A stretch of 64,000 nucleotides of DNA from the human T2T-CHM13v2.0 reference genome, Homo sapiens. The DNA lies in NCBI RefSeq assembly GCF_009914755.1, contig NC_060928.1; one strand, 5' to 3'. Shown piece after piece: positions 58,504 through 64,000 of this stretch (its first letter is position 1; each line of letters starts with the position of its first letter). The notes under the pieces were generated by a model, which saw only the letters and a list, made by a program, of their open reading frames with translations, did not search any database and was not told where the DNA came from. Position numbers and translations under genes: made by a program.

Positions 58504-59288
58504 TCCCCCTGGGGTAGGGGGCTTTTCTATCTTTGAGTTTGGGCATGACACCAATGAAGAAGACCATGCTAATGAAGATGAAGCAGGGATGGCCCAAAGC
58601 ACCCACATGATGGACTTCTGCATGTGCTGCTCCAGCTGCTCTCACTCTGTCTTGAGCTTCTACAGGTACTGTTCAGCCATAGTAAGTGAGTGTGACGGTC
58701 TGATTGTCCTTCTTGATGATGCTCTGTGTAGCCAGTGTCTTGAGACTCTAGGCCAAGCCTAGAATCTCCTGCACCAGTTTTTCCTGGGGATTCTGATGTC
58801 ACAGCAGGAGAAGGTCTAGTTCACCCCCAAGTGCTTCTCCTCCGCTGGCTTCTGTCCTGCCACTCCAGCCCTCTTTCTCACTTTCTGCACAGGCTTTGCT
58901 GCAGAGCCAGTGCTGGCAGTTCACTCCACATCTCACTGGTGTACCCCACGGTGACCACACATGCACTGTCATTGCAGCAGGCACTCTCTCTGTGATGTGG
59001 GCTGCATGTGGCAGGGACCAGACACTTGTTGGCTGGTGCCTTCATGGAGAAGGAGGTCGGTTTCTTTGCCTGCAGCATCTCCTCTGGAAAATCCACCATA
59101 CAGAGATATTAATGAATCACCTCGGAGACTCTTTTGGGCCTTCAAGACCGGCACTATGTCCTCCAGGGAACTTATGTACTTTTGCAGATGACATTTGTAC
59201 AATCGCTGTCCTCTCTCAATGCACAGCAGCTACACCAGGCTCAGCTCCAGCCTTGACCCCATCATCACCTCAGGGTGGTACTCCATAC
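58504..59288 (-). pseudogene. USE1: Processed pseudogene of USE1 (ER SNARE p31), spanning the full CDS (symbol is the parent gene)
   Basis: The - strand from ATG 59265 reads MMGSRLELSLV*LL..LQKYISSLEDI..VDFPEEMLQAKKPTS..YTSEMWSEL..ELDLLL..ILGLA*SLKT..QSIIKKDNQT..KLKTE*EQLEQHMQKS..CFIFISMVFFIGVMPKLK (last Lys 58532-58534), matching USE1 as recalled. It is intronless with many stops and frameshifts. There is a short A-run and a ~14-bp TSD ttgtatc(t/a)tttttt at 58490-58503 / 59290-59303. Confidence 0.92.
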
Positions 59289-59399
59289 CTTGTATCATTT
59301 TTTATAAACAAAACTTGAAATCTTGAATTAATTGAATCAGGAGCAATACATATGAGGAATGTGGTATGATCTGCTTCTCAATTATCTTTTGGAGTTACT

Positions 59400-60540
59400 T
59401 TTACATTATCTAGCTAGGTAACCTCATAGAGTCAGGGGGCTTTTAATTTCATCTATATGTTTATGATTCCTAAATATGCATCTTTTGTCCTGATTTTGCT
59501 CTTGTATTCCGGTCTTGTATATCTAATTGTTTATTAAGAACCCTCACTTAATCTTCTAAGATGCATGAAAATTAACAAATTTAATGCAGATTATAATTTT
59601 TCTTAAATAGCCCCTTAACCTGCTATTTTCCCCAAACTTTCTTACTTCAATAAATAGCACCACTTTCTATCTATCCGTGAAACTCAAAAAGGAAGGACTC
59701 ATTCCTGATGCTCTTTTTATGCTACTTTTAATTTCATTCATCAGAATATCCTTCATATTTCAACTCAGATCATATTACAAATTCATTTTTCTCCATTTGC
59801 CCTGCAAGTTTCACCTGGAGAGATGCAGTAATGAAATTTGCTTTCTTGTCTCTATTTTTGCCTCATTCGTCCATTCTCCAAATACCTGCAAGAGTGATTT
59901 ATAAAATATATGAGTCAAATTATGTCGATCTCTTGCTTAAAATCCATTCTTTGCTACCTCCTAAAATTAGGAGGAAAATGTCCATATCCAGTATCCAGAT
60001 TTACAGTGCAGATTTCAAGCACACCTAAGATCCTAACCATGTGAACTTTCTTGCTGTCTCCAATCCAGCCACAAAGGCTGGCTAGTTTCCTAAAACTACC
60101 AAGGGATTTCTGGGTTACAGTCACTCAAGAGCTCTTTACCAACAAAGATGTTCTCTCTGTTTCCTTGTTTCACTTTTTTTTGTCTGCTTTTGTGTTTGCT
60201 TGTTTGTTTTTGTGGTTAGCTCATTTGTTTTTGTGGTTAGCTCCTGGCCTATTGGTTGAAGCTGCTGAAAAACCTTTTCTAGCCACCAAAGTAAAGCTGT
60301 TCTTTAATCACCACTTATCTTACATATATAACCACATCATTAATACTTTGCTTTTTTGCTTGCTAAATCTATTTTGCAGGTTTTAAAGCATATTTAATTG
60401 TTTATTGTGTGTTACCCTGCTTTGTGGGTACATTTTCACAAATATCAAGACCTCCTATGGTATTTTTACGCTTGTGGCTTTTACAAGTAAGAACAGTCCC
60501 TGATGTATAGTTGTTCTCAATAAATGTTTAGTCATTGAGT
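59400..60540 (+). mobile_element. L2 (L2a-like) 3' portion
   Basis: cttacttcaataaatagcaccac..attctcca..cctgcaagagtgattt, with terminus gatgtatagttgttctcaataaatgtttagtcattga. Confidence 0.7.
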
Positions 60541-61314
60541 TTTAGGTATTTGAGAATCATACAATGTACTGGAATCTTTGAAATAATTGTCACTTCATAA
60601 AGTTATTGTACATTGCTGTATTCACTTCCTAAATATTCCTCCAAAACACCTTTGGATTTTAAAAATATAACAAATTTTCAAGTCTTTGGAGGACACTCTA
60701 GGAATAAGTTATTTTCTCAAGTGGACAATAACCTCCTTTAACATACAAATTATGCATCTCTGGGAGAGATAGAATGAAAAAATATATAAGCCACGAGTAT
60801 TTAGAAACTTACTTATTAAGCATTGTGGAACATTTATTGACATCAGTAAAAATACTTTGTTTTTAGTCTTTGACCTCACATAGAAGTGACTGATTCAGTG
60901 TGTTTCTATCCCAACAGCTAAAATCAAATATCCAAGCACAGACTAACATTACTGGCAAAAAATAAATTATACTAATGACAAATTTTTTATAAACACTGAG
61001 AATTAACTTCATGTATTTGCAATGTTAAATCACATTAATTTTCCTCAGTAAAACAGGCTCTTCAATTAGAGTAACTCTGGTCTTATTTTAGCTAGAGATA
61101 TAATTATTGCATTTTAATTATTATATTAGGATTCCAATTTATTACTAGAACCTAAATACTTATTTAAGTCTGTGTTTACTTATGTGTGTTAAAGAATTAA
61201 TGGGAGAAATCACTACATACCAAATAACTTTCAATAAATCCAAAAGTATACATGTTCCAAGAAAGGGATTTTATGAAATAGACATAGCACTGAAATGGGT
61301 TATGAAAGCTTAAC

Positions 61315-63540
61315 TTTATTTTCCCTTTATTGTGATATCATTGACAAAAATTATATATATTCAAGGTATACAATATAATGTTTTATATAGGTTACATTGT
61401 GAAATGATTAACACAAACAAGCTTATTAATATAATCATCATTTCACACAGGTACCTTAAGTAAAATGCTTAATATCTACTCTTCACACATTTCTAGTATA
61501 CAATATGTTATTTTAAGTATAGGTACCATGCTGGACATTAGGTCTCTGGAATATTTCATCTTATAACTGTACCCATAACCCCTGGTAACCACCATTCTAC
61601 TTTTTGTTACCGTGAAGTTAACATTTCTAGATTCCACATACAAATAAGATTATTCGGTAGGTGTGTTTCTGTTCCTGACATGTTTCACCTAGCATAATAT
61701 CCTCCATGTTCATCCATGTTTTTGCTATGGCAGGATTTTTTTCTTTTTTTAAGGTCGAATTATATTTCAATATTTATATACACCACAGTTTCTTTATCCA
61801 TTCATCATCAATGGGCACTTAGATTGTTTCCATACCTTCACTATTGTGAATAATGATGCAATGAACATCGGAGTGCAAATATCACTTCGTGGTAGTGATT
61901 TTGTTTTCTTTGGATGTATATCCATAAGTGGATTGTTGGGTCATACAATAGTTTTATTTTTAGTTTTTAAGGAAATTCCATACTGTATTTCATAATGACT
62001 ATAGCCATTTACATTCCCACTCGCAAAGTGTAAGAGTCTCTTTCTCCACATCCTTGCCAACACTTCTTATCATTTGACTTTTTGATAATAGACATTCTAA
62101 CAGGTGTGAGGTGATATCTCCTTATGGTTTCTATTTGCATTTGCCTGATCATTAGTGAAGTTCAGCACCTTTTCATATACCCGTTGACCATGTCTTCTTT
62201 GAAAAAGTCTGTTCAGGTCATCTGCCCTCTCTTTGAGCAAGTTGTTTGTATTTTTATTATTAACTTGTGGACGTTCCTTATATATTTTGGATATTCACTC
62301 CCTATCATATATAGTTTGCAAATATTTTCTCCCATTGTTCAGGTTCCTTTTATTTTATTAATTGTTTCATTTGCTGTGCAGAAACTTTTTAGTTTTATAT
62401 AGTCTGATGTGTTTTATTTTTGCTTTTGTTGCCTGCGAATTTGCTCTTAGACCTGAAAAATCACTGCAAAGACTGATGTCATGGAGCTTTCCCCTATGTT
62501 TCTGTTTTCTAGTTTTATGGTTTTCAGTCTTAGATTAAACATTTAATCCATGTTGAATTGATGTTTGTGCATGGTGTAGAATAAGGATTCAATGTAGATA
62601 ACCAGTTTTCCCAAGACCATTTATTGACCAAACTATCCTTTCCTAAATGTTCCTGGCACTTTTGTCAAAAATTAATTGATTTTATATGCATGGACTTATT
62701 TCTGGGTTTTCAGCTCTTTCTGTTGGTCTCTGTGTCTGTTTTAATGGCAGTATCATTCTGTTTTGATTACTATGGTTTTGTAATAGAATTTGAAATTAGA
62801 AAGTTTGTTGACTCCAGCTTTGTTCTTCTTGCTCAAAAGTGCCTTGGCTATTCACATTCTTCTGTGGCTCCACAATAATTCCATGCTTTGTTTTGTATTT
62901 CTGTGAAAAATGCCATTGAAATTTGGAAAATGATTGCATTGACTCTGCAGAATACTTTGCATAGCATGGACATTTTAATGGAATTGATTCTCTTGACCCA
63001 TCATTTTTTGTGTCTTCTTCAATTTCTTTCATCTATGTTACATAGTTTCCAGTATACAGATATTTTACCTCTTTGGTTAAATTTATTCCTAAGTGCTTTG
63101 TTTCTTTTGATGCTATTATAAATGGGATTTTTTTCTTCATTATTTTTTCAGTTAGTTTATTGTTAGAGAATAGAAACATGAATGATTTTTGTACATTGAT
63201 TTTGTATCTTGTGACCTTACTGAATATGTTTATTAGTTCTAACAGTTTTTTTTGTTTTTTTTTTTTTTTGCAGAGTCTTTAGGGTTTAGTAGTTTTCAAA
63301 ATATAAGATTTTGCCATCTGCAAATAGAGACAGTTTTACTTTTTTTTCTTTTCTTATTTGGATACCTTTTATTTCTTTCTCTTGCTTAATTGTTCTGGCT
63401 AGGGCTTCCATTACAATGTTGAATAGAAGTGGCAAGATTGAGCATCCCAGTCCTGTTCCTCATCTTGGAGTAAAAGCTTTCAACTTTTCACAATTGATTA
63501 TGATGTTAGCTGTGAGCTTGTGGTCTATGGATTTTATTTG
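61315..63540 (-). mobile_element. L1MA-type LINE-1 (3'UTR plus ORF2 end)
   Basis: tagattccacatacaaataagatt..ttctttatccattcatc..tttgctgtgcagaaactttttagttt..gttgaatagaagtggcaag. Explains the ORFs at 62124-63541. Confidence 0.92.
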
Positions 63541-64000
63541 AAAGTTTAATATTAAGCAGGGAGACTGCAGTTTTTCATAAGAATGGTCTACCTTCCAATA
63601 TACATATAAAAATCATTGTATAACAAGGAAACATACCTTTGATGTCTCTAGAACCTTGAGAAGACACATCTTAGTGCACTGCATGCAATAAATATTTAAG
63701 TGTCAGTAATATTGCTATAGTAGCTCATAAAATTTTTCTTCATTCTCTAATTCATTTTAAATATTGAAAAAGATTTGTATACATTTAAAATATACACAAT
63801 CTACATTTACTTATATTATCAAGAGTTTAGCAAAACTATATATGTAATTTTAGTTCAGAAATTACTACGCCTATAATTGTAGATTTCAAATAAATTAAAT
63901 TTAAAAAGTTACATTTTATTTTTTCAAAATAATATCAAAATGATAAATATCTGAGGATGTCTTGCCCTCTGAATACTCAGAGGACTGCTAGTGCATTTAT

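Noticed and set aside
58387-59318. Dense overlapping ORFs, including the longest in the window (58896..59318, 140 aa)
   Set aside because: They are alternative frames and the antisense strand of the GC-richer USE1 pseudogene, with no independent coding signal.

Overview
This is AT-rich, repeat-dense primate (human-like) intergenic or intronic DNA. I find no intact protein-coding gene, RNA gene or CRISPR array, and the ORF track mostly reflects Alu/L1/ERV remnants or chance. Two disabled processed pseudogenes are recognisable: a 5'-truncated RWDD2B retrocopy (+, ~3320-4565) and a full-length USE1 retrocopy (-, ~58504-59288, with a target-site duplication, TSD). The rest is layered transposon history: about 12 Alus or Alu fragments, several L1/L2 pieces, three ERVL-class pol remnants, MaLR and ERV1 solo LTRs (including an LTR6B-like copy) and DNA-transposon MITEs. 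The most unusual structures are (i) a 578-bp non-genic insertion at 10169-10746 with a perfect 17-bp TSD, an A-tail and a twin-priming-type 5' inversion, (ii) four LTRs nested inside one another within an ERVL provirus at 28262-31367, and (iii) an old inverted duplication in a MaLR internal region. I cannot support a novel functional system here. Gene and repeat subfamily names come from recalled reference sequences and need BLAST/Dfam confirmation, and boundaries of old repeats are approximate.
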